From NCBI GenBank assembly GCA_965214605.1, contig OZ243961.1, positions 992,001 to 1,056,000 on the forward strand: a stretch of 64,000 nucleotides of DNA. The letters run 5' to 3'. A program made the translations under genes and the position numbers. Under the pieces are notes generated by a model that was not told where the DNA came from, made no database searches, and saw nothing but the letters and a program-made list of their open reading frames with translations. This stretch comes from an uncultured Candidatus Binatia bacterium. GTDB taxonomy: Bacteria > Desulfobacterota > Binatia > Bin18. Positions 29,671 to 38,462 of the stretch are shown one piece after another; within the stretch, counting starts at the first letter, position 1, and each line of letters starts with the position of its first letter.

Positions 29671-30339
29671 TCAGTCTATGTCAGGCGTCGAGTTTTTCGG
29701 CCTGGGGCCATGATCCGCTGAGAGCGGCGGCAGAAGGTTCACCCAACGGCCCGTGCTGCGTTGAATCAGCTCAGACCATATGTGTTCCGCGGGTTTGCGG
29801 AACACCGTGTCAGTATCGGCCGGGACGATGTACCAGTCGCCCCTGGCAACCTCGTTGTCTAGCTGACCTGGAGCCCAGCCAGCATGGCCGGCATATATCC
29901 GAAACGTGCTGCCCTGGGCGATCTTATCCTCCGTCAGGGTCTGACTGTCGCTCAGGTAAACATCGGCAAAAACATGCTCGGTCTCGGCAAGCTGCCGTTC
30001 AGCACGGAACAGCAGCAGCATAACGGTGGGGGCGACCGGTCCACCCCTGTACACCACCCCAGCTAGCGGTGTGGTGCGGAAAGAGTCCGGCAAAATCTCG
30101 GACAGCCGGACCGTGGTAGGATGGTTAATAATCACACCAAGTGCTCCCAGCCGCCCATAGCCGAGCAACAGGACGACCGATTGAGCAAAATGGGGGTCGG
30201 CGAGCTCGCGGGCGGCCACCAGCAACTTTCCCTTGCCCAACTCAGCCGGAGCAGCAGAGGGTATGGCCACAGACAGTCCAGCGGCAAGAGTCGGGCTGCT
30301 CGGCATCAGGCTGAGGCACACCACCAGCCAGCCCAACAC
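29671..30339 (-). CDS. YqgE/AlgH (DUF179) family protein with N-terminal hydrophobic extension
   Basis: GKLLVA, DPHFAQSVVLL, GALGVIINHP, YRGGPV and GHAGWAPGQLDNEVARGDW motifs. GTG 30339 follows GGAGG; start uncertain. Confidence 0.85.
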   Translation of the reverse strand: MLGWLVVCLSLMPSSPTLAAGLSVAIPSAAPAELGKGKLLVAARELADPHFAQSVVLLLGYGRLGALGVIINHPTTVRLSEILPDSFRTTPLAGVVYRGGPVAPTVMLLLFRAERQLAETEHVFADVYLSDSQTLTEDKIAQGSTFRIYAGHAGWAPGQLDNEVARGDWYIVPADTDTVFRKPAEHIWSELIQRSTGRWVNLLPPLSADHGPRPKNSTPDID

Positions 30340-30415
30340 GACACACCTCCCTGCTTGGGCTGGACGACGTCCAACACGGCTTCCTGCTCTATAGATATGC
30401 AGTCCGATAGTTTCT

Positions 30416-32722
30416 TCAATGCTGTGAGTCGCTGAGCACCTCCGGCACTGACTCGGCTGGCGCGCCTTTATCCGTCTTGTCAGCCGTCCGAGGCTTATAC
30501 CGGAACACCAAACCATCTTCGCCAAGATCGATCTCGACCGTGCCGCCGTTCTGGAGCTGGCCGAACAGAATCTCATCGGCTAAGACCTGTTTGACCTCAC
30601 TCTGAATCAGGCGGGCCATGGGACGTGCGCCATAGGTTTTGTCATAGCCTTTTTCGGCCAGATAACGACGGGAGTCGTTGGTCAAAAAGATGGTCACGGT
30701 CTTCTCGGCCAGCTGATCGGCCAGCTCTTTGATGAACTTGTCAACCACCCGCTCGACCGCCTCGGGCGGCAGAGGCCGGAAGTGGACAGTACTGTCTAAA
30801 CGGTTGCGGAACTCGGGGCTAAACAGCTTTTCAATCGCCTGTTGGTCCTTACCTTCGTTGGACTGCTCGCCAAAACCAATCGCCGTAGCAGCCATTTCAC
30901 GGGCCCCGGCATTGCTGGTCATAATGAGGATGACGTGTCGAAAATCGGCTTTTTTGCCGTTGTTGTCGGTCAGCGTGGCGTGGTCCATGACCTGGAGCAG
31001 GATGTTGAACAGATCAGGATGGGCTTTCTCAATCTCGTCCAGCAGCAGGACCGAATGGGGGTTTCGCGTAATTGCTTCGGTCAGCAGCCCGCCTTGGTCA
31101 AAGCCGACATAGCCCGGCGGGGCACCGATCAGCCGCGAGACCGTATGTTTCTCCATGTATTCACTCATGTCGAAGCGCAGAAACTGCAAGCCCAGGGTTT
31201 GGGCCAGCTGCTTGGCTACCTCGGTTTTCCCCACCCCGGTCGGTCCGGAGAACAAAAACGAACCGACTGGCTTTTCCGGCTGACCTAAGCCCGCCCGGGC
31301 CAGACGAATGGCGCGGACAATCACTTCAATGGCGGGATCCTGGCCAAAGACCACCTTTTTGAGGTCGTCGTCGAGTCTGTGGAGACGATCCTTGTCGGAA
31401 ATCGATACGCTGCGGGGCGGAATCCGAGCAATCTTTGCCACCACTGCCTCGATATCGGTTTCGCTAATAATCTTGGCCTCATCGGTGTTTGGTTTGATCT
31501 TGAAGGCGGCTCCGACCTCATCGATGACGTCAATCGCTTTGTCGGGTAGGAAACGATCGTTGATGTATTTTGCCGACAGTTCAGCCGCGGCCTTGAGCGC
31601 GTCCGGGGTGTAGGACACGCCGTGGTGGTCTTCGTAGTACGATTTTAAGCCCTCCAGAATCTTGACCGCGTCTTCGATACTAGGTTCGTGGATCTCAATC
31701 TTCTGAAAGCGCCGCGCCAGAGCACGGTCGCGCTCAAAATAACTGCGGTATTCATGGTAGGTCGTCGCGCCAATGCAGCGCAGTTTTCCGGACGCCAAGG
31801 CGGGTTTGAGAATATTCGAGGCGTCCATCGAGCCCCCGCTCGTCGCCCCAGCGCCAACGATGGTATGAATCTCGTCAATAAACAAAATGGCGTTTGGATC
31901 TTTTCGAAGCGCGTTCAGCACGGCTTTCAGTCGTTCCTCGAACTGACCGCGGAACTTTGTGCCAGCCAAAACCGTGCCCATATCCAGCGAGTAGATTCGC
32001 GCTTCCTTGAGCACCTCCGGCACCTCGCCATTGGCAATCTGAAGCGCTAGCCCGTCGGCGATGGCGGTTTTTCCTACCCCGGAATCACCCACATAGACCG
32101 GATTGTTTTTACGCCGACGGCACAGCACGTGGACGGTGCGTTCGACCTCAACCTCGCGGCCGATCAGGGGATCAATCTCGCCGTCTTTGGCGCGTTGGAC
32201 CAGATCGGCGGTAAAGGCTTTGAGCGGATCTTTGGCCGGGCGGGTTTCGTCTTCTTCATCAAGACCGTCAGCCTCTTCATCGGGCTGGACCTTGGAGATA
32301 CCGTGTGAGATGTAATTCAGCACGTCCAGGCGACGAATCCCCTGCTTTTGCAGAAAGTACAGCGCGTGGCTTTTTTTCTCTCGGAACAGCGCGACCAAGA
32401 AATTACGCCCCTCGACGATCTGTTTGCCGTTGGACTGGACATGCAGGGCCGCCCGCTGTAAAACCCGCTGAAAGCCCGAAGTCTGCTGCGGATCGACGTC
32501 GCTCTCTTCGGGCAAGGACTCGATATTCTCCTCAAAGAATTTCACCAAGTCCTTTTGCAACTGATCCACATCCCCGCCGCAACCGCGCAGAATTTCTGCC
32601 ACATCCTCGTCAAACGATAGAGCGTACAATACGTGCTCAAGACACAGAAACTCATGGCGGTGACGTCTGGCTTCTTTAATCGCTAAGGTCAGGGCGCTTT
32701 CAAATTCCCGACTAATTTGCAT
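30416..32722 (-). CDS. clpA: ATP-dependent Clp protease ATP-binding subunit ClpA
   Basis: RHEFLCLEHVL N-domain; two AAA modules (GDSGVGKT, GPTGVGKT, LLLDEIEKAH) with no middle domain; IGF loop; YGARP. Downstream of clpS. Confidence 0.97.
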   Translation of the reverse strand: MQISREFESALTLAIKEARRHRHEFLCLEHVLYALSFDEDVAEILRGCGGDVDQLQKDLVKFFEENIESLPEESDVDPQQTSGFQRVLQRAALHVQSNGKQIVEGRNFLVALFREKKSHALYFLQKQGIRRLDVLNYISHGISKVQPDEEADGLDEEDETRPAKDPLKAFTADLVQRAKDGEIDPLIGREVEVERTVHVLCRRRKNNPVYVGDSGVGKTAIADGLALQIANGEVPEVLKEARIYSLDMGTVLAGTKFRGQFEERLKAVLNALRKDPNAILFIDEIHTIVGAGATSGGSMDASNILKPALASGKLRCIGATTYHEYRSYFERDRALARRFQKIEIHEPSIEDAVKILEGLKSYYEDHHGVSYTPDALKAAAELSAKYINDRFLPDKAIDVIDEVGAAFKIKPNTDEAKIISETDIEAVVAKIARIPPRSVSISDKDRLHRLDDDLKKVVFGQDPAIEVIVRAIRLARAGLGQPEKPVGSFLFSGPTGVGKTEVAKQLAQTLGLQFLRFDMSEYMEKHTVSRLIGAPPGYVGFDQGGLLTEAITRNPHSVLLLDEIEKAHPDLFNILLQVMDHATLTDNNGKKADFRHVILIMTSNAGAREMAATAIGFGEQSNEGKDQQAIEKLFSPEFRNRLDSTVHFRPLPPEAVERVVDKFIKELADQLAEKTVTIFLTNDSRRYLAEKGYDKTYGARPMARLIQSEVKQVLADEILFGQLQNGGTVEIDLGEDGLVFRYKPRTADKTDKGAPAESVPEVLSDSQH

Positions 32723-32799
32723 TCTCTGCTCCGCTTCTTCCACAGGTCCGGGCCCGGGAAGCTTCGTTCTATTCGACCGTCGTGTGGGCGGCCGCAGGA

Positions 32800-33123
32800 T
32801 CAGGCTTCTTCCATACTACACTTCAGAGGAAACTCATACTGCTTGGCCAGAGCATGGACTTTGTCCACCTTAGTCTCGGCGACCTCGTAGGTATAGACCC
32901 CAGCTATCCCCATACCTCTTCGGTGGACATGCAGCATGAGTTGGGTGGCTTTGGTGGCGTCGTGGTTAAAGACTGACTGCAGAATATAGATGACAAACTC
33001 CATCGTGGTGTAGTCGTCGTTGTGCAGCAGCACTTTATACAATGGCGGCTTTTTGGTCTTTTTCTCTGTCTCGGTTATTACCCCGCGGTCAAGATCTGTC
33101 TCGTTCTCGTAATCGTTGGCCAT
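32800..33123 (-). CDS. clpS: N-degron adaptor ClpS
   Basis: PPLYKVLLHNDDYTTMEFV...MLHVH...YEVAETKV...FPLKC. GAGGGG RBS before ATG 33123. Confidence 0.98.
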   Translation of the reverse strand: MANDYENETDLDRGVITETEKKTKKPPLYKVLLHNDDYTTMEFVIYILQSVFNHDATKATQLMLHVHRRGMGIAGVYTYEVAETKVDKVHALAKQYEFPLKCSMEEA

Positions 33124-33274
33124 ATGCCCCTCCATCGTTTAGAGAACACCGGTCTGCTAACGCTTTGTACCTGTCCATATCGTCAAGACAGCGGTTTGCC
33201 AAGAGGACTCAGTTTCTGGTACCTTACGTTGGCCAGAATTGGTGCCCGCAAACCATCCGTCTATGGAGTGTCAT

Positions 33275-35839
33275 ATGACAGAGACGCCTGCCTATAAGCT
33301 CCCCGCAAGTGTCAGTCCCCAGCGTTACGCCATCCGTCTAACCCCAGACCTGAGCGCTTTTACCTTTGCCGGGGAAGAGACGGTGGCCATCACCATCCAC
33401 GAACCGGTCACCGAGATTGTGCTGAACGCTATTGAGCTGACGATTCACAGCGTATCTGTCAACGGCCCGGACGGTCAGACGATAGTGGGCACAGTCAGCC
33501 TAGACAGCGCTGAGGAACGGGCAACATTCCGCTTTCCCCAGACCCTTGTTCCCGGCGCCTGGATGCTCCGGCTTAGCTTTAGTGGCCTCCTCAACGATAA
33601 ACTCCACGGCTTTTACCGCAGCACCTACACCACGGCCGATGGCCAGGAGAAGATCCTGGCCTCAACCCAGTTTGAATCAACCGACGCGCGCCGGGCGTTT
33701 CCGTGCTGGGACGAGCCGGCTCTCAAAGCGGTCTTTCAAGTGACCCTGGTAATTGACGCGGCCCTAACCGCCATCTCCAACGCGGCAATTGTACGCGAGA
33801 CCCCCCTACCCGCTACGGGGCAAAAAGAGGTGGTCTTTGCCGACACGATCAAAATGTCGAGCTACCTAGTCGCCTTCATCGTCGGAGAGTTCGAAGCCAC
33901 TGAGCCGACCGACGTCGACGGCACGCTGCTGCGGGTCTGGGCGGTACCGGGCAAACGCCACCTGGCCGCGTTCGGACAAGCCATCGCTGCCGCCTCGCTG
34001 TCGTTTTTTAGCCGCTACTACGGCCATAAGTACCCGGGCGATAAGCTTGACTTGGTCGCCATTCCTGATTTTGCCTTTGGCGCCATGGAAAATCTGGGGG
34101 CCATCACGTTTCGTGAAACCGCTCTGCTAGTCGACGAAAACCGGGCGGCGCGGAGTGAGTTGGAACGTGTGGCCGACGTCGTGTCGCACGAAAACGCGCA
34201 CATGTGGTTTGGCGACTTGGTCACGATGAAATGGTGGAATGGGCTGTGGCTCAACGAGGCGTTTGCCACCTTCATGGAGATGATGGCGGTTGATGACTGG
34301 AAGCCCGCGTGGCAGCGCTGGACGAGCTTTGCCGTGTCGCGCGCAGCAGCGCTCCAGATCGACGGCTTGCAAAGCACCCGGTCGATCGAGTTTCCGGTTC
34401 GCCATCCGGACGAGGCGGCCGGCATGTTCGACATTCTGACCTATGAAAAGGGTGCTGCGGTCCTGCGCATGCTGGAACAATACCTCGGTCCAAACACCTT
34501 CCGGGCCGGTATCAGCAACTACGTCCACAAGCACGCCTACGACAACGCCGAGACGACCGACCTGTGGGACGCGATTGAGGAATCGGCCCAACAGCCGGTG
34601 CGCACCATGATGGACTCGTGGGTTTTTCAGCCCGGCCACCCCATGATTTCGGTCGCTGTTGAAGACAATACGCTGGTCTTGTCTCAGCAGATTTTCCAGT
34701 ATATTCCGGCCAAGGACGACGCGAGCCGGCGCTGGCATGTGCCCGTGTTCATCCGGGCCAAGAGCGATGGTCAGGAATGGACCCGGACCATCCTGTTGGA
34801 CGAAGACGAGGCCCGCCTCAGCCTAACGGCGAGGCCGGATTGGGTGGTGATCAATGCTGACGGCCACGGCTTCTATCGAGCGCGCTACAGCTCAGACCTG
34901 CTCAAGCAGCTGACCGGCAATGTGCAAGACAATCTGTCCGCAGTCGAACGCTTTAATCTCATCAATGACACCTGGGCCGCCAGTCTAGCCGGTCTCACCC
35001 CCTTGGCCGACTACATGGACCTGTTGCTGCTGTTCGAAGACGAAACCGAGCATAATGTCTGGAGCGCCATGCTCGGCTCGTTCTACTACCTCGACCGCCT
35101 GCTCCGTCCTGCTCAGCGCCCGGCTCTGCACGCCCGGCTCCACAGTCTGGTTGGTCCCAGCATCCAGCGTCTGGGTTGGCAGCCGGCCGATGGAGAAGAT
35201 GTCCTGACTGGTCAGCTGCGCGGGCAACTGTTGGGCGCCCTGGGCGCCCTAGGCGATGACCGCGCCATCCAAGCCGAGGCACATGCACGCTACGCTGCTT
35301 ATAAGTCCGACATCGCCTCGGCCGATCCCAACCTCGTCCCGGCGCTGATCTCAATTGTGGCTCATAGCGGCAATGAGGCAGACTATGATGAGTTTTACTC
35401 CGCTTTTAAGACGGCCAAGACTCCCCAAGAGGAAATGCGCTATCTGTTTGCCCTGGCCGCCTTTCGTCCGCCCGAGCTGTTTGAGCGCGCGCTCGCTCTG
35501 ACCACCAACGGCGAAGTCCGCACCCAGAACGCGCCCTTTTTAATGCGTCAGCTCCTGCTCAACACCCACCAGCGCGAGCGCGCTTGGCGGTTCTTGAAAG
35601 ACAACTGGAACGACATGCTGCGCCACTACCCGGACAGCACCATCCCACGTATGTGTGAGGGGATTACCGGTCTGGTCACGCCCGAACTCGAAGCCGAGGT
35701 AACGGCATTTTTTGCCGAGCATCGGGTCAAACAGGGTGAAAAAATGGTCCAGCAGCACCTTGAGAAGCTACACATTGCCGTCGCCTGCCAGCAGCGTGAG
35801 TCAGACAACCTGCGCGACTATTTTGAATGGACCCCCTAG
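33275..35839 (+). CDS. M1 family aminopeptidase (puromycin-sensitive / ERAP1-like C-terminal domain)
   Basis: TQFESTDARRAFPCWDEP, GAMEN, HENAHMWFGDLVT...WLNEAFA (HExxH-18-E) and YEKG motifs. Confidence 0.96.
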   Translation: MTETPAYKLPASVSPQRYAIRLTPDLSAFTFAGEETVAITIHEPVTEIVLNAIELTIHSVSVNGPDGQTIVGTVSLDSAEERATFRFPQTLVPGAWMLRLSFSGLLNDKLHGFYRSTYTTADGQEKILASTQFESTDARRAFPCWDEPALKAVFQVTLVIDAALTAISNAAIVRETPLPATGQKEVVFADTIKMSSYLVAFIVGEFEATEPTDVDGTLLRVWAVPGKRHLAAFGQAIAAASLSFFSRYYGHKYPGDKLDLVAIPDFAFGAMENLGAITFRETALLVDENRAARSELERVADVVSHENAHMWFGDLVTMKWWNGLWLNEAFATFMEMMAVDDWKPAWQRWTSFAVSRAAALQIDGLQSTRSIEFPVRHPDEAAGMFDILTYEKGAAVLRMLEQYLGPNTFRAGISNYVHKHAYDNAETTDLWDAIEESAQQPVRTMMDSWVFQPGHPMISVAVEDNTLVLSQQIFQYIPAKDDASRRWHVPVFIRAKSDGQEWTRTILLDEDEARLSLTARPDWVVINADGHGFYRARYSSDLLKQLTGNVQDNLSAVERFNLINDTWAASLAGLTPLADYMDLLLLFEDETEHNVWSAMLGSFYYLDRLLRPAQRPALHARLHSLVGPSIQRLGWQPADGEDVLTGQLRGQLLGALGALGDDRAIQAEAHARYAAYKSDIASADPNLVPALISIVAHSGNEADYDEFYSAFKTAKTPQEEMRYLFALAAFRPPELFERALALTTNGEVRTQNAPFLMRQLLLNTHQRERAWRFLKDNWNDMLRHYPDSTIPRMCEGITGLVTPELEAEVTAFFAEHRVKQGEKMVQQHLEKLHIAVACQQRESDNLRDYFEWTP

Positions 35840-35889
35840 GAGGATTTGTTGACGGGAAGATGGTGAGCAGGCCTCATGGTTGACCTGAG

Positions 35890-35970
35890 GTTGAGTTCGC
35901 GATTCTTGGCGAGATTCAAGACCTCCAGACAATGGCGACGGGCCGTGGGGAGGGACCTTGCGCACTCTAG
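35890..35970 (+). pseudogene. N-terminal fragment of an uncharacterised small toxin-like protein
   Basis: VEFAILGEIQDLQTMATGRG followed by early truncation. Recalls the FEIxGEIxDIETIAxGRG start of small TA-like hypothetical proteins (from memory, unverified). Confidence 0.3.
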
Positions 35971-36375
35971 GCCACACTTACAGCAGTTGTCTTCCGAATT
36001 AGCAGGCGGCGTTCCCCCGAAAAAACGGCTTACTTTCGATGCCGGCCAACAGAGCCATACTCCACTTTTGGAGATCTGACAGTTCAAGACCAAACTGAGA
36101 TCCGGTAAAATCGCGCCATAGAGTCAGCCGTTTTAGAAGCCTGGCACCTTGGTCGGCCCGGTGGCGGATTTGCGTTTTTCCAACGCATTAAACGGGAAGG
36201 CTGTCGGATAGCATCGTATCGAATCCCCTTGACAAAGGGAGGTGGCGGATTTCTATGGCAGGCACTCCCTTTTAGGGAAAAAATGCAACCTGAGAGACGA
36301 CCAACTTTCCTGCGCCGTCCTGCATCGACCGGACACGTTTGGCGCTCATGCTGTTCAGCTCAGGAAGACGGCGCT

Positions 36376-38229
36376 TTACTTCCGGCCAACGTATTCCTGT
36401 ACCGCTGCGTCAAAGGCCGCCTGCGCGGTAAACTCTCCTAGCACGACGCGCTGCCGATGCGTTTTGTTATCATCAAACTCAACCACGAACTCGACGACTC
36501 CCAGCCGCGCCGGCACTTCAACCCGGGCTCGATCTTCTCCCTCACCCCCCCCCTCTCCCATGGGAACAAAGGGGGGGAGCTGAGCGGCAGCGGTGAATTG
36601 GGTGATGTGCGGCTGGTGCTCTGCCATCCAGGCATCGAAATCTTCTCGACTGACGGCCGTCTCTTGCCAGAACGCCTGTTGGTCGTACGGCAGCTCTTGC
36701 AGACGCTTCACCACAAAGGCCCTATCCAGAAAGGCCAACAGGTTTCCCGCCTTGGGTCCTGAATCACGGTCGAGCAGGACGCGATAGAGGGCCTTAAATG
36801 CCTGGGCCGGCGCAATCGGTGTGAGCCGCGCCGCATCAAACACGGCAGTCTGCAAAGCCCTATCTTCCCACGCCACACGGAGGAGGGAGGCCGCCAGTTG
36901 ATGCAAAAAGGCCCGTTGGCTAGCCGTCAGTTTCCCTGCCTGCTCCGGCAGCGTGTCTTGCAGTATGATCCGCTCCTCAGGGTTGGCATAATGCTCCAAC
37001 CAGTAGCGCGCGGCCCGGGCGCGGCGTAGGAGCTGATCACGTTCATTCTGGGTCAGCGGAGCACCTTTGCGCTTTTCAACCTCGCCCACAAGATTGAGAT
37101 GGGGCAGTTGGACAACCGTTGCCACCAGCTGAAAGTCAGCGACGTAGAAATCGCCTTGGGGCGCGATCTGCGACAACTCATACACCCGTCTGTCGTCCGG
37201 TGACACTTTGGGGTCATGATAGGTGCGGGTATGAAACCGATCAAAGTCGTTAAAGATTTTGATAATCGACTTCTCATCTGGAGAAAAATTCACCGGCTGT
37301 TTGGGCTGAGTACGGATCATGACAAAGCGCAAGATCTCAGGCGGCAAGAAATCGGCCATATCTCGCGCCGACACGCCGATCCCCTTGGACGAGCTCATCT
37401 TGGCCCCGCCAACCAGGAAAAATTCGTACGGAATATTCAGCGGGGGCTGCTGGCCAAAAATGGCTCCGAGACACCCAGCTGAAACGTCGCGTGAGCCGCC
37501 CTTGGTATTGTGGTCTTTGCCCGCGCCTTCGATCGTAATGCCGAAGGTCTTCCACTTGGCCGTCCATTCCAGCTTCCAGGGCAGCTTGCCTTGGCCGTCA
37601 AAAGGCGAGACCTTACCGATGTGTCCACAGCCCATCGCCCAGCTAACGAGATTGGGCTGACAGGTATAGGTGACTTCTCTGCCGTCATAGCCGCTGACTT
37701 CGGTCGTTCCGATCCGTCCACACCCCTCACACACGACCTGGAAGGGATACCAGGTGTCGGAGCGCTCGGAGTTGCTAACCTCTTTGTACACCCGGCGGAC
37801 CTTGTCCGCGTTGTTCAGGACGGCCTCAATTGCCTCGTTAAACTGCCCCGAGCGGTAGATATCCCGCATGCGGTAGGTTTCCGCCTCAACTCCTAACTCC
37901 CGAAAGATGTCAAAAAATTCTCCAATATAATGCTCGGCCACATCGGGCGCCGAAGAGCCTGGCGGCGGTGGGACCTGACACAGCGGCGCCCCCAGATACG
38001 GGCGGAAAAACTCGGCGTGGCCGGCCGGCAGTTCGTCGAGCGGATCATAGTCGTCAACACCAAAGGTATAGCGGACGGGAATGCCCCGGTCTTTGAGGGA
38101 ACGGAACACGGTGTCGTGGATGAGCACTCCCCGTAATGCGCCGACGTGAACCCGTCCTGACGGCGTCTTGGAATCGTTAATCAACTGCGGACCGGACACC
38201 CGCTCAGCGAGCTTATCGCACCATAACAT
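36376..38229 (-). CDS. lysS: Class I lysyl-tRNA synthetase (LysK/LysRS1) with C-terminal extension
   Basis: SKTPSGRVHVG (HIGH-like), DDYDPL, CEGCGRIGTT, GKLPWKLEW, EGAGKDH, KMSSSKG (KMSKS-like) and AFKALYRVLL...GPKAG anticodon domain. Confidence 0.95.
   Translation of the reverse strand: MLWCDKLAERVSGPQLINDSKTPSGRVHVGALRGVLIHDTVFRSLKDRGIPVRYTFGVDDYDPLDELPAGHAEFFRPYLGAPLCQVPPPPGSSAPDVAEHYIGEFFDIFRELGVEAETYRMRDIYRSGQFNEAIEAVLNNADKVRRVYKEVSNSERSDTWYPFQVVCEGCGRIGTTEVSGYDGREVTYTCQPNLVSWAMGCGHIGKVSPFDGQGKLPWKLEWTAKWKTFGITIEGAGKDHNTKGGSRDVSAGCLGAIFGQQPPLNIPYEFFLVGGAKMSSSKGIGVSARDMADFLPPEILRFVMIRTQPKQPVNFSPDEKSIIKIFNDFDRFHTRTYHDPKVSPDDRRVYELSQIAPQGDFYVADFQLVATVVQLPHLNLVGEVEKRKGAPLTQNERDQLLRRARAARYWLEHYANPEERIILQDTLPEQAGKLTASQRAFLHQLAASLLRVAWEDRALQTAVFDAARLTPIAPAQAFKALYRVLLDRDSGPKAGNLLAFLDRAFVVKRLQELPYDQQAFWQETAVSREDFDAWMAEHQPHITQFTAAAQLPPFVPMGEGGGEGEDRARVEVPARLGVVEFVVEFDDNKTHRQRVVLGEFTAQAAFDAAVQEYVGRK
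36539..36579. repeat. Palindromic C/G-run repeat element located in frame within the LysRS gene
   Basis: CCCTCACCCCCCCCCTCTCCCATGGGAACAAAGGGGGGGAG resembles the CCCTCACCCCnnCCCTCTCCC-n-GGGAGAGGG miniature repeat. It encodes LPPFVPMGEGGGEG on the minus strand. Confidence 0.6.
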
Positions 38230-38462
38230 AAGCCTGCTCCATCCTCCAATTGTGTCACTATGCTATGATAATGGTCCGCCACCAGCCAGACAGGCGACGA
38301 CCCCCAGAACTCCACCGCCCCGGAGTCTAGGCAAGGCGAGGTAGCGTGTCAACGCAAAGCCCCGGCGAGAGCATCGCTCGCGCTCACGCCGGCTCTTCCG
38401 CAGAGGTGATTGTCAGCGCAAAAGAGCATCACGATTACCTTTCGCGTGCTAGGATGGGCAGG

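Noticed and set aside
38328-38400. GGCAA...ACGCAAAGC...CCGG resembling a c-di-GMP-I riboswitch
   Set aside because: Lacks the P2 stem with GNRA tetraloop and the receptor motif.
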